A stretch of DNA of 64,000 nt from assembly GCA_965662235.1 (NCBI GenBank), contig CBFIGY010000002.1:64001-128000 (forward strand), in the 5' to 3' direction. The stretch is from an uncultured bacterium (GTDB lineage: Bacteria > SAR324 > NAC60-12). The stretch's first letter is position 1. Each line of letters begins with the position of its first letter. Of the stretch, positions 45,212-55,214 are shown in pieces. Below the pieces are notes generated by a model that worked only from the letters and a program-made list of their open reading frames with translations, was not told where the DNA came from and did not search any database. The position numbers and the translations under genes are program-made.

Positions 45212-47775
45212 TGTCCTCCTAACCCAGGAAGTGCCTGCTCCGGAAGGTCCACGCCCCCCAGCGAGATGTTGGCATAAATGGTCCGTTCCACATACTCCAC
45301 CTCCTGCTCGTTGCTGGTCAGGGTCGATGCCGCCCGTTCTTCCAAACGGAGGCTGATCCGCCAGCAGTCCGGAGTGTAGTTGAGGAAGAAGGAATTTTCC
45401 GTAAGGCGCCGTTGGAAGGCACTTTCTGGCTGCAGGTCAAAGGTTCCGGCAATGCCCATGGAAAGGGTGTCGCTGAGCTCGTGGCTGTTGCTGAAGCCAA
45501 AGGTTCGCGCGGCGGCATACTCAGCACCGTACGGCGTGACGTAGTCATACTCGTTTTCCCGGAAGTTCACCGATGCCTTGTTTCGCGCCGAAAGCCCCAC
45601 CTTCACCCCCAGGCCATACTCCACCACCCGGTGCTTCTGATGATGGTACCGGTTGAAGAAGTTCACCCCGATGCTCGGATTGGGCGTCAGTGAAAGGTCG
45701 GTCCGCAACGGCAGCAGCGGTTCCCCCGGATCCGTTTCATTGCCTTTTGGAGTAGGCCCTATCGCTTGGAACCCCTCGTTCACCTTGAGAAAGTCGTACG
45801 GCTGCGTCAGGGTGAGCCGCCCAAACACTTCAGCTTCTCCTTCTTGCTCCGAACGACGGGCCAGACCCGTCAAGCGCTGAGCGGTTCCCAGTTCGGCAAA
45901 GGCAATCAACTGGTCCAGAACCTCCGGGCTGTTGGGACCTATAACCCGAACCACCGCGCGCTCCAAGGCCGCCTCGTTCGGGAACTCCCGGCCCTGAAGA
46001 CGTTCCAGACGCTGCACCACCACCTCTTCTGCTCCGGCCTGACGCAACTCGGTCAACGTCCGGAGCGTCACCTTTACGCTACGTTCATACACGCGACGTT
46101 TCACCAGCAGCTGATTCTCCAGCTTCAGAGTCGCCAACCGGCGAGTGTAGAGTCCTCCTCCCAGAGGCGGCGCGGCGTCTCTGAATTCCTGTGACACATC
46201 CTCCACATACTCGTACTTCAGTTGCGGTAGAATGCGGTGCTTGGCGCGGCTGTAGTAATCGTTGTCCAAGGCAAACGTCCGGGAAATGATGGTATCCACG
46301 GCCAAGTCACCGAGGCTCACATTGAAGGAATACTCACCACTTGTCTCACCTGAAAGGCCCCACACCCGGTAGGCGGATAGCTTCTTCCCTGCCCCCACGC
46401 TCACGCCCAACACCCCTAGGCTGGTTCGGAAGCGTGCCCCCGGATTGAGAACCGTGCCCAGGCCGTTGATGTTTTTTTCACTGTAGAAGCGTGTGTGCGT
46501 TCCCGCTAGGCTAAGGCTAAACACGGACTCTCGGCTCCGCCAGAGGGTGTCGGCCCAACGCAGCTCAATGGTTGGCAGGCTCTGGAGCGTGGTGCGGTCG
46601 ATCGCGTTGTTCAGCACCGCAATCTCATTTCCAGCGTAGATGCGTTCCTGAGTGGCTGAAAGGGAGACACTGCTGTTGAGAAACTGACGGCTGAGGGCAA
46701 ACTTGAAGCGCTGGGCGTAGTTCGGGTCCGGGTCCTCTGTCAGCTCATACTCCTTCTGAAACTGACTGTCGCTGTACACCAACCCGGACGCAATCAGCCG
46801 GGTGGCCTCGCCAAGGCTCTGGTTGTGGTTGAATTCAAACTTGAAGCGGTCCGGATGCAAATCCGACTGCTCGGCCTCTTCTGGACTCAGACTTCCTGCT
46901 TCCTGCTCTGGATCGCGAGGGTCGCGTTCTTCAAAGCGCTGTCCCTTGATTTCTCCCCGCATGCCTTCAGTAAACGCATACTGATAGTCTAGCCTGAGTC
47001 CGGGACCACGGCGCTCCACCCAGTCATAAGTCACCGTCAGGTCCTGTTCCGGATCAATGGCCCAGAAGTACGGCAGGCCCAACCGGTAACCCAGGTCAAA
47101 CTTCCGGAGGCTGCTCCGGGTGATGGAGTACTCCGGAGGCAGGAAGCCAGACTGCCGGCGCGTCACCGTGGGCCACGCCAAATACGGAAAGTAGAACACG
47201 GGCACGCCCCCGACCCGCAAGCTGGTCCCCAGCGAAGAGGAAAAATTCTCGCCGTAGTAATTGACTTCACTCCCCCGGATCTCCCAAACCGGAGACTGTG
47301 GGTTGCAGGTGGTAAAGGTGCACCCCTCTGCCAGGTAGTGATTTTCTCCAATCCGGGTGACTGACTCCGCCGTCAGGTAGGCGCGGTTCCGGCTGTCAAA
47401 CACGGTGGCGTTGTAAAACTGTGCCGAACCGTCAGAGAGCTGAAACTCCAACCGGTCCATGACCGCGAGGATGTCCCCTTCAACCACCCGAACATACCCC
47501 TCTGCGACAATCTTCCGCTCCTGAGGCTGGTAGCGAATTTCGGTGCCTTCAATGGTCAGGCCCTCCCAGCTCAGTGTCGCGTTGCGGTAGAGCGCAATGC
47601 CGGTCGTGGGATCCACGCTGTAGGACTGTGTCCGGATCTGCAGGTTATCCGTTGCACCGACGGAGGCTCCGGGAGAGGGAAATGCGGATTGCGCCTGTAG
47701 TTTGGAAGCGGGTCCCAGTATACTGAGGACACTGAGGAGCCCCACAAAGAGGAGGTGACGAAACGACTGAGTCAA
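45208..47775 (-). CDS. lptD: LPS-assembly protein LptD-like
   Basis: Beta-jellyroll N-terminus, FTTC, PVFYFPY, RQSGFL.P, PYFWAI, C-terminal Y..DCW. Confidence 0.85.
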   Translation of the reverse strand: MTQSFRHLLFVGLLSVLSILGPASKLQAQSAFPSPGASVGATDNLQIRTQSYSVDPTTGIALYRNATLSWEGLTIEGTEIRYQPQERKIVAEGYVRVVEGDILAVMDRLEFQLSDGSAQFYNATVFDSRNRAYLTAESVTRIGENHYLAEGCTFTTCNPQSPVWEIRGSEVNYYGENFSSSLGTSLRVGGVPVFYFPYLAWPTVTRRQSGFLPPEYSITRSSLRKFDLGYRLGLPYFWAIDPEQDLTVTYDWVERRGPGLRLDYQYAFTEGMRGEIKGQRFEERDPRDPEQEAGSLSPEEAEQSDLHPDRFKFEFNHNQSLGEATRLIASGLVYSDSQFQKEYELTEDPDPNYAQRFKFALSRQFLNSSVSLSATQERIYAGNEIAVLNNAIDRTTLQSLPTIELRWADTLWRSRESVFSLSLAGTHTRFYSEKNINGLGTVLNPGARFRTSLGVLGVSVGAGKKLSAYRVWGLSGETSGEYSFNVSLGDLAVDTIISRTFALDNDYYSRAKHRILPQLKYEYVEDVSQEFRDAAPPLGGGLYTRRLATLKLENQLLVKRRVYERSVKVTLRTLTELRQAGAEEVVVQRLERLQGREFPNEAALERAVVRVIGPNSPEVLDQLIAFAELGTAQRLTGLARRSEQEGEAEVFGRLTLTQPYDFLKVNEGFQAIGPTPKGNETDPGEPLLPLRTDLSLTPNPSIGVNFFNRYHHQKHRVVEYGLGVKVGLSARNKASVNFRENEYDYVTPYGAEYAAARTFGFSNSHELSDTLSMGIAGTFDLQPESAFQRRLTENSFFLNYTPDCWRISLRLEERAASTLTSNEQEVEYVERTIYANISLGGVDLPEQALPGLGGQ

Positions 47776-47960
47776 GGAGTGGTGGACGTGAGTGGAGACG
47801 AGTTGCCCTTGGGCAGGCCTGAGCGTCTGTTTTTCGGGAGTCTGGTGCCACGAACCGACCCTTCAAAAGTTACCGGATTGAGGAAGACTTGCAAACGTTT
47901 TGCTCCGCCGGCGCAGACGGTTTTCATTACTTGTTTCTCCCTTGGTTCCTGTTAATCTGA

Positions 47961-48884
47961 ATGAAAATGAAGTGTCTTTGCCAAACAACCCGCCCCCTGC
48001 TGGTCTGCCTGACGGCCGGATGGCTGAGCTTCGTTTCCCCTCTGTGGGCAAGCGACCCCACCCTTCCGGCAACTTGGGAACGCTTTCCTCTGGTGGACCG
48101 GGACGTGCGCGTGATTGATGGTGACACCTTCGACGTCGATCTGAATGGAGATGGACGCTTGGAGAAAAAGACCGAGCGTGTGCGCCTCCTGTTTGTCGAC
48201 ACTCCGGAGTTGTCTCATTCGCATAAGGGACAGGATCGACGGTTCGGGCTTCCGGCAAAGGCGGCACTCGGTCAGCTGCTCCAGTCCCGGAACGCCCTTT
48301 GGGTGAACCCAGAGGAGCCCAAGGACCGCTATGGACGCTGGTTGGGGCTGGTGGAGCTTTCCACGGGCACCGCCAACCTAGAACTCATCCGGGACGGACA
48401 CAGTTACTTTGACACCCGCTTCTCGCTTCCGCACCCAGTTGAAGCCTATGAAGCTTACGCCCGGGCGGAGCTCCGCGCCTTTGACCTTGGAGCTGGCATC
48501 TGGAGCACCCGCGAGTCGAAAAAACGCTACCTGCTGCGCTTGCAGGAAGAGGGTAAGACCGTTTACTCGACCCGGAACCCGCTGTTCCGCATTCAGGTCC
48601 TGACTCCGGAAGAGGTCGATCCAGAGGTTCTAGAGGGACGGTTTATCCGCGTGGAAGGCGTCGTTCAACGAGCCCGTTCGTTGCGATACGGAGCCGCCCT
48701 GCTCTTTCTCCGGCATGCTCATTCTGAAGACGGCCTACCGGTTTTCTTGGGGAAGCGACAGCGGGAGTGGTTTCCAGCGTCCATGACTTCCCCTGGCGCT
48801 CATGTTCAGGTGGAAGGCTTCCTCCAACACTATCAGTCTCGCCAATGGCAAATTCGTCTGCATCGCCTCGTCGCCTCTCCCTAG
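47961..48884 (+). CDS. Secreted thermonuclease (SNase) with C-terminal OB-fold
   Basis: VIDGDT, VRLLFVDTPE, DRYGR, GIWS; signal peptide. Confidence 0.85.
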   Translation: MKMKCLCQTTRPLLVCLTAGWLSFVSPLWASDPTLPATWERFPLVDRDVRVIDGDTFDVDLNGDGRLEKKTERVRLLFVDTPELSHSHKGQDRRFGLPAKAALGQLLQSRNALWVNPEEPKDRYGRWLGLVELSTGTANLELIRDGHSYFDTRFSLPHPVEAYEAYARAELRAFDLGAGIWSTRESKKRYLLRLQEEGKTVYSTRNPLFRIQVLTPEEVDPEVLEGRFIRVEGVVQRARSLRYGAALLFLRHAHSEDGLPVFLGKRQREWFPASMTSPGAHVQVEGFLQHYQSRQWQIRLHRLVASP

Positions 48885-49297
48885 CAATTGGAGTCGGCGT
48901 CAGCTTATGGGTCTCTGCATGTGGCGGAACCCGCCCTGAGCTTGGAGTCTCATCCGGGCAACTTCGCCCCTGTCCTCCTAGTCCGAACTGTGTTTCCAGT
49001 CAGGCCACCGATGCGGATCACCGCGTGGAGCCCCTTCCGTTCTCGAGTCCGGAGCCGATTCAGCAGCTGGCTGAGGTGCTTCAGGAGTGGCCTCGGGTTC
49101 AGGTGGTCACCCAGTCGGAAGACTACCTGCACGCGGAATTCACCAGTGCACTGTTCCGCTTTATTGATGATGTGGAGTTTTACTGGAATGCTCAGGAAGG
49201 CTGGATGGAGGTCCGCTCGGCGTCTCGCTTGGGTTACTCGGACTTGGGGGTCAACCGGGAACGCGTGGAAGCGTTGCGGTCCCGGCTGATGAACTGA
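48845..49297 (+). CDS. DUF1499-family lipoprotein
   Basis: VSAC lipobox, LRPCPPSPNCVSSQ, FIDDVEF, RSASRLGYSDLGVNR. Confidence 0.9.
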   Translation: MANSSASPRRLSLAIGVGVSLWVSACGGTRPELGVSSGQLRPCPPSPNCVSSQATDADHRVEPLPFSSPEPIQQLAEVLQEWPRVQVVTQSEDYLHAEFTSALFRFIDDVEFYWNAQEGWMEVRSASRLGYSDLGVNRERVEALRSRLMN

Positions 49298-49307
49298 AGA
49301 AAGTCCG

Positions 49308-49535
49308 TTAGCGCTGGCGCATTTTTTCCAGCATGTTTTCTTCGGACTGTTCGAAGTAGTCCATGCGGCGGGTCAGCTGATTGGGCGCTGGCGTGTAGTC
49401 TGGGCCATTAGCCCGAAGCGCCCGGTACTCTTGACGTTGCGCCTTAGCCGTTCGGTTGAAGTCACATCCGGCCAGAGCGAGAGCCGCCAGCATCACAGCG
49501 GCCAAGGAGCGAGTGCGAAAAGTCATTCTGTGCAT
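49308..49535 (-). CDS. Small hypothetical lipoprotein
   Basis: Signal peptide with LAGC lipobox; about 50-aa mature part. Confidence 0.65.
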   Translation of the reverse strand: MHRMTFRTRSLAAVMLAALALAGCDFNRTAKAQRQEYRALRANGPDYTPAPNQLTRRMDYFEQSEENMLEKMRQR

Positions 49536-49656
49536 ACCTGGTTAAGGTTCAAAGCAGTTCAAGGAACCGTGTGAATGTAAGGACATCCGGTTCCAGCCGC
49601 AAGATAATTCATCCGGTTCCGCCACCTGGAGGAAACGCTACGAGGAGGAAGAAACC

Positions 49657-50343
49657 ATGACGCTCTACTTCAACCGCCAGCACCTGCCAGACTGGTCCCC
49701 AACTCTAGCGGCTCTTCCAGATCAGGAAGGCGTGGTGATCTTCATGCGCCACTCCGTCAGACCCGAAATTCCGGAAGGTAAGTTTGGGATGCAAGTGGAC
49801 CTCACTGAAGAAGGTGTGCAGGCGGCACAGGCCCTGGGGGCGGCTTTGGGAAAACGCCTTCAGCAGGTATCTGCCAGTGCCTCCACTCGCTGCCTACAGA
49901 CGGGGGAAGCGTTAATTCAGGGCGCCCAAGTTCCTCTGAGCGTTGAGCCCGATGTCACACTCGGCGAACCGGGAGCCTTCATTGCCGATGTCGAGGAATC
50001 CATTCAGCGTTTGGTGGAGCATGGCCCCATCGGGATCGTCAACCGGCTGTTACAGGGGTTGCCTCTGGAGGGCATGATTGAATGTGAGCCGGGAGTACGC
50101 GCCATGCTGGAGAAAGCTTGGTCCACGCCTCCGCCTCCGGGTGCTGTACACGTCTGCATCACACACGACACCCTTTTGTCTGCAATGCTTGGTTGGCTTG
50201 AACGCAAACAGGCGTTTCAGGAAGAGGACTGGCCCCAGATGCTGGAGGGACTCCTGATGTGGCGGGCTCCGGGAGGGCTAAAGTGGGTTTGGCGAGGCCA
50301 GGTCTATCAGCGGGAGTTGCCTCAGGAGTGGCTGCCGACGTGA
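49657..50343 (+). CDS. Histidine phosphatase family protein
   Basis: IFMRHS, LTEEG, RCLQT, ITHD. Confidence 0.82.
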   Translation: MTLYFNRQHLPDWSPTLAALPDQEGVVIFMRHSVRPEIPEGKFGMQVDLTEEGVQAAQALGAALGKRLQQVSASASTRCLQTGEALIQGAQVPLSVEPDVTLGEPGAFIADVEESIQRLVEHGPIGIVNRLLQGLPLEGMIECEPGVRAMLEKAWSTPPPPGAVHVCITHDTLLSAMLGWLERKQAFQEEDWPQMLEGLLMWRAPGGLKWVWRGQVYQRELPQEWLPT

Positions 50344-50364
50344 CCTCCGTCTCGACGGGTGCTG

Positions 50365-50847
50365 TCAGGTCAGTTTCTTGTCGATGTTCTTTAACGTGCT
50401 CTGCATCTCACTCAACGTGGTCTGCACCCCGTTCAACGTCAACTGCATCCCACTCATTGTCTCTTGCACTGCACCCATTGTCTTCTGCATCGCACCCATC
50501 GTCTCCTGAGTCGCATTCATCGTTGTTTTCATTCCGTTCATGATCTCGGCAATGTTCGAGAGCAACCGGTGAGTCTGCAGGTCCGAGGTCCGCATGTACT
50601 CCAGCAGGCGCTCCGTGTTTGCATTACCGGATTCGATGATCCGCCCCGTGTTTGCGTTACCGGACTCGGTACCGTGCTCAATGGCTTCTAGCAAGCGATC
50701 GGTATTCTGACGATTATCGTCCATCACAGCCCGGGTGATTTCCTCCTGAACGGTCTTGCGGACCTTCAGCTGGATTTCTTCACGAACCGCCTCAAGCAGC
50801 GTTGCCTTGAACGCCTCCAGTTCGGTTTTGAGCTCTTGTTCTCCCAT
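50365..50847 (-). CDS. Hypothetical coiled-coil protein with hendecad and heptad repeats
   Basis: GGAGG RBS; ESGNANT.R repeats; MNATQET/MGAMQKT/MGAVQET heptads. Confidence 0.75.
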   Translation of the reverse strand: MGEQELKTELEAFKATLLEAVREEIQLKVRKTVQEEITRAVMDDNRQNTDRLLEAIEHGTESGNANTGRIIESGNANTERLLEYMRTSDLQTHRLLSNIAEIMNGMKTTMNATQETMGAMQKTMGAVQETMSGMQLTLNGVQTTLSEMQSTLKNIDKKLT

Positions 50848-51138
50848 AAAGCGTACCTCCATCCATCAGTTCTGCATCCTAGAGCGTTTCCTTGCGAGTG
50901 ACAACCGCCAGTTGAGTGGATTAACGGTTTGGCAGGCGCTCCAGTTTTTTTAGGCTCCCTCAGTTCTCTGTTAAGCCTATCAGAAAAAATAAATTTTTAA
51001 AGAAACCCAACCTCAGAGGGACCTAGCGAGCGCCTGCTCCGTGCGGGCAGACTGAAGGACGGCCTCGCTGAATCAATTCATTCAGAGCCGCCCACTTAGA
51101 GGAGAGAAGATGCGTTCAAGGAGGGAGGAGAGGGCGCT

Positions 51139-52887
51139 TTACATTCGTTCCGGAGGGGTGATGCCCAGCAGCCCCAGCCCTTGCTTGAGGGTCTCAGCAA
51201 CACCATGAAAGAGGAGCAGGCGGGCGTCTCGCAGAGCCGCCGTCTCGGCTTGTTTAACCGGACACGTGTTGTAAGCGCGACTAAAGTCCTTTGCCAGTTC
51301 AAAGAGGGCATGGGCGATCAAGGAAGGCTTGAACTGCTCCCCTGCACTCCAGACCACCTGATTGAAGTCCAGCATGTGCCGGAGCAACCGCTTCTCATTC
51401 GGGTGCTGCAGGGGACTCAGGTCCGCTTCTGCAGACGCAGGCCCCACCTGCCGGCCAATGCTACGGATGCGCACATAGGCATAGGTCAGGTACACACCGG
51501 TGTCTCCTTCGGCACGAAGCCAGTCTTCCATGGAAAAGGTAATCTGCTTGTTCGGATCCTGACTGAGCATGCCGTACTTGATCGCGGCCACCGCCACCTG
51601 ATGAGCGGTTGCCGTCACCTCCGACTCAGGCCACTCCTGAACACGATCCTGAAGCGGTCCGGACTTGAGGAAACGCATCATCTGCTCCCGAAGTTGCGAG
51701 AACAGGATCACATTGCCTGCCCGAGAGCTCATCTTGCCCGAAGGGAGGGTGACCAGCGCATAAGGAAGGTGGAAGCACTTTTCCGCTTGGGTGTACCCCA
51801 TGCGCTGCAAGGTGGCAAACACCTGCTTGAAGTGCAGGGTCTGCTCCATTCCAACCACATAAATAGAGCGTTCCACCCCAAACTCCTCAAACTTCCGTTT
51901 GGCCAACGCCAGGTCCTTGGTGGAATAGAGGGTGTTACCGTCGGACTTGAGCAGCAGAAAGAATCCCAGCCCTTCGGGTTCCAGATCAATGCCTATGGCA
52001 CCTTCTGAGTGCACAAAGGGCCCCGCTTCGGCACCGGCCAACACCATCTGCTTGCCCTCTTCGTCCACCTCAGACTCATAAAACACGCGATCAAAGTGTA
52101 CGTCCAGCCAGCGGTAGATCTCGTCAAACTCCTCCATTGACCACTGACGAGTTTTGTCCCACAGTTCCGTAATGGTGGGCTCTCCGGCTTCCAATTCGGT
52201 GAGGATTTGTCCAATCTCCTGCTGATACTGCTTGGCCTGCTCCGGAGGCGCATCCTCTAGCTTCAGGGTTGCCTCCGTGTAAAGGTCTCCCAACCACTCC
52301 CCGCGACCCGTTTCCGGAGGCATTTGCTCCGTTTGCCGATACGCCCACAGGCACTTGGCAATGTGAGTACCGACGTCCCCAATGTAGTTGGCGCCCACCA
52401 CGTCATACCCGTTGTAGCGAAAAATCCGGACCAGGGAGTCCCCGAGCGATACGTTCCGCAGGTGCCCCACATGAAATCCCTTGTGCGTGTTCGGCTGAGA
52501 AAACTCAATCATGACCCGTTCACGCTGCACCTGACTTGGCTGCTGAAAGTACGCTCCGCTCCAGACTTCCGGAAGCACCGCCTGCGCCAGGGCTTCTGTC
52601 CGGATACTGACGTTCAGGTACGGCCCCAACGCCTGCACCGACTCCCACTCCGGATGCTGCGTCTGCTCCTCGCCCAGAGCTTTTTCCAGCTCCTGCGCAA
52701 TCAGCGGAGGTGCCTTGCGAAACTGCTTGGCCAGGGTGAAGCACGGAAAGGCGTAGTCGCCCATCTCAGGATTCGGAGGCGTCTCAATGAGGGCGTGAAC
52801 GTGGTCAGGGTTCCAAGAATCAGGGGCCCCCAAACGGTTGAGGGCGAGCGCCAGCGCATCAGCCAGCAAGCGGTCAAAGGCAGTCAT
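51139..52887 (-). CDS. argS: Arginine-tRNA ligase
   Basis: GDYAFPCF.LAK, FSQPN..K.FHVGHLRN, KMSSRAG, YAYVRI, GLGLLGI..PERM. Confidence 0.97.
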   Translation of the reverse strand: MTAFDRLLADALALALNRLGAPDSWNPDHVHALIETPPNPEMGDYAFPCFTLAKQFRKAPPLIAQELEKALGEEQTQHPEWESVQALGPYLNVSIRTEALAQAVLPEVWSGAYFQQPSQVQRERVMIEFSQPNTHKGFHVGHLRNVSLGDSLVRIFRYNGYDVVGANYIGDVGTHIAKCLWAYRQTEQMPPETGRGEWLGDLYTEATLKLEDAPPEQAKQYQQEIGQILTELEAGEPTITELWDKTRQWSMEEFDEIYRWLDVHFDRVFYESEVDEEGKQMVLAGAEAGPFVHSEGAIGIDLEPEGLGFFLLLKSDGNTLYSTKDLALAKRKFEEFGVERSIYVVGMEQTLHFKQVFATLQRMGYTQAEKCFHLPYALVTLPSGKMSSRAGNVILFSQLREQMMRFLKSGPLQDRVQEWPESEVTATAHQVAVAAIKYGMLSQDPNKQITFSMEDWLRAEGDTGVYLTYAYVRIRSIGRQVGPASAEADLSPLQHPNEKRLLRHMLDFNQVVWSAGEQFKPSLIAHALFELAKDFSRAYNTCPVKQAETAALRDARLLLFHGVAETLKQGLGLLGITPPERM

Positions 52888-52976
52888 CTACAGGATGAAG
52901 ATGTAGGTCAAGCAGCCCGAAGGCTTTGTGGGGAAAGGAACGACAGCACGCGGGGCGTGCTACCAGCAGGGTAGGT

Positions 52977-53201
52977 TCAGTTCCGCGAAATCTTCTCGCG
53001 ACGGACGATGCGTCCTTTGCTCAGGTCGTAAGGAGACAGTTCAATGGTCACCGAATCTCCCGGCAGCACCCGGATCTTGTGCATCTTCATCTTCCCGGAG
53101 AGGTGGCCCATCACCACATGATCGTTTTCCAGCTGCACCCGGAAGATTCCATTGGAGGACTCCAGGACCGTCCCCTTGATTTCCAACTTTTCGTCAGTCA
53201 A
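52977..53201 (-). CDS. infA: Translation initiation factor IF-1 (TTG start)
   Basis: FRVQLEN, HLSGKM...[21 protein letters not shown]. Confidence 0.95.
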   Translation of the reverse strand: MTDEKLEIKGTVLESSNGIFRVQLENDHVVMGHLSGKMKMHKIRVLPGDSVTIELSPYDLSKGRIVRREKISRN

Positions 53202-53328
53202 GAGCAATTCTCGTTGAGGTTGCTGCGTGAAAAGCGGGCACGGTGGCCCTAGTTTTTGGCGTTCACGCAAAATTACAAAAAATAACGGCTCTTCCGAGAT
53301 TCTGCAAGTCGGGAATGCAGATGCTGAA

Positions 53329-53357
53329 TTTACATCTTCGGGAGAGCATGGTATAGT
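53329..53357 (+). promoter_or_regulatory. Sigma70 promoter (extended -10) for the hypothetical-glyQS operon
   Basis: TTTACA-N17-TATAGT with TG-n extension. Confidence 0.6.
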
Positions 53358-53463
53358 TTCGCCTTTGTTTCTGCTTACTCAAAATGCGGACCCTGCGCCC
53401 GCATTCCTGCTCTGCCTGTCGCCCCCAGGCCATCTTCCAAAGACCGCCGGACCTCAACCACGC

Positions 53464-55203
53464 ATGTACCTATTCGGAATCGGATTTCCTCCGGAAGAGT
53501 GGGAGAGTCTGCTCCAGCAATTGGAGGCGTCTCTGGAAGGTCCTCCTCTGGGAGGCATTCGGCTCTCCATCGACACCCCAGAAGGATTCCGTCAGGCCCT
53601 GCGTCTGGCCGAAAGCACCCCGCCTCAGGCCATCCTCATCCGTCCCGGAGCCTTTGAAGATGCCGAGGTCCTGTTGGAATTCCTCGAGGCCGCTCAAGCG
53701 TTCACGGATGCGCTGACCCGGATCGCCATTGTCATTCAGGATGTCGCTGAGGAAATGCCCTACCTGCTTCCGGAGGGCACCACCCTGCGCCTCAGCAACG
53801 GCATGCAGGTCCGCCCCCTTGACCCCGAAGGCATCCTGCCACAGAGCATCCGCTCCTTCCCCCGGATCAAGATTGACGGACAGGCGATGCTCCGCTTCAT
53901 CAACCCGGATGGACGCAAGTTGGAGTGCGCGGTGGAGGACTTTCCGGAAGGAACCCTCCTGCCCTGGAGACGGGTGATGCAGATCCGGACCGAGTTTGGC
54001 TGGGAAGATCCTCGGCTTTGGCTCACGCAGGTGCTGTCTGAGCTGGAGGCCTCTGTGCTTCCAGAACAGGTTCAGGGCATCTTACGGGAGGAAAATGGCG
54101 GTTACCTCTTTCCGGGGGTGCCGTATCCTTCTTTGCTCAGCTTGGAAGGTCCCAGACTGCGGGTGGACCACTGCCTGCGAGCTGAGGCGCTCACTCCACG
54201 CAACGCTGCTTTCCGCCGGCTCGTGCAGAGCCTCAAGGCCCTGATTCCGGCCTCTGCTCAGGTGGCTCCGGTGAACCGGTCCATCCGTTGCTTGGGGACA
54301 CCATCGGTGCTGAATGAGGTCATGCGCCAGGTCCTTCAGCAAAACGGAGTGCATCAGTTCACCGCTCTCTCACAATTGGCCCCTGGACGTTACACGCTGG
54401 AGCCCGAGCTGACCTGCCTGCAGCTTTCGACTTTTCCGGAAGTGGCCCTCAAGGGAGACCTCCGTGACTGCGTTCCGGCGGTCAACCAGGCTCTTTCTCC
54501 CTTGAACGGATGGGTCGCCTTGGAGGACCTCGGAGTCACCTCGACCCTTCCGGAGCGTCCCCTGACGGCAGAAGAATTCCAGGCCCGCCGCCACCAGCTT
54601 CAGCACCACTCACGGAGCAACCAGCAGGTGTTGCAACTCGCTCAAAACCGCATCACCCTTTTTGAGCAAGAACGCGACGCCCTCCTTGCCGCCCGTGACA
54701 TTGCAGAGGTGCTCCTGGAGCTGGAGGTCGACTGCCTCGACTGGGAAGAGTCTCTGCACCGCTTCGACCTCAAAAGCCAATACGTCCTCATGCTCTGCGA
54801 TGATGAAGACATGGCCATGGACCTGCACGGGAGCCTCCTTGAAGTGCCCCGGAAGCTGTGGATCAATACCGACGAGCTGAAGGAGCCCGAGCACCTGCGT
54901 CGCTTTGACGTCCGCTCCCTCAGCGACCCAGACCTGCAGCCACAGCTCATTGCCACAGAAGAAGCCCGGACGCAGCTGGTTGACCTCTGCCACCGAGCAA
55001 CTGAGGCAGCCGCTCAGGCCGATCAGACCCTTCTGGAGCAGCACGACACCATCGCCCGGGCGGAGTCTGAATACTACCTGCTCGCCTTCCTCAGTCAGGA
55101 ATTGGCCCTGCATCACCTAGCCGAGCACTTCCGAGAAATCATCCGCAAGGAGTTCCCTGCCCTCGGTGACACCGCGGTGGAAGACTCCGACTCCTCAACC
55201 TAA
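53464..55203 (+). CDS. Hypothetical protein (579 aa), C-terminal coiled-coil segments
   Basis: Long ORF with host-like codon usage, 11 nt before glyQ; no family recognised. Confidence 0.8.
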   Translation: MYLFGIGFPPEEWESLLQQLEASLEGPPLGGIRLSIDTPEGFRQALRLAESTPPQAILIRPGAFEDAEVLLEFLEAAQAFTDALTRIAIVIQDVAEEMPYLLPEGTTLRLSNGMQVRPLDPEGILPQSIRSFPRIKIDGQAMLRFINPDGRKLECAVEDFPEGTLLPWRRVMQIRTEFGWEDPRLWLTQVLSELEASVLPEQVQGILREENGGYLFPGVPYPSLLSLEGPRLRVDHCLRAEALTPRNAAFRRLVQSLKALIPASAQVAPVNRSIRCLGTPSVLNEVMRQVLQQNGVHQFTALSQLAPGRYTLEPELTCLQLSTFPEVALKGDLRDCVPAVNQALSPLNGWVALEDLGVTSTLPERPLTAEEFQARRHQLQHHSRSNQQVLQLAQNRITLFEQERDALLAARDIAEVLLELEVDCLDWEESLHRFDLKSQYVLMLCDDEDMAMDLHGSLLEVPRKLWINTDELKEPEHLRRFDVRSLSDPDLQPQLIATEEARTQLVDLCHRATEAAAQADQTLLEQHDTIARAESEYYLLAFLSQELALHHLAEHFREIIRKEFPALGDTAVEDSDSST

Positions 55204-55214
55204 CGAATTTCAAG

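Noticed and set aside
49547..49560. GTTC-N6-GTTC as an alphaproteobacterial LexA box
   Set aside because: Spacing is N6 rather than N7, and the flanking genes are not SOS genes.
47961..50343. Thermonuclease plus histidine phosphatase as a PhoB-controlled DNA-phosphate scavenging unit
   Set aside because: No Pho-box-like repeat seen upstream of either gene; proximity to phoBR alone is insufficient.
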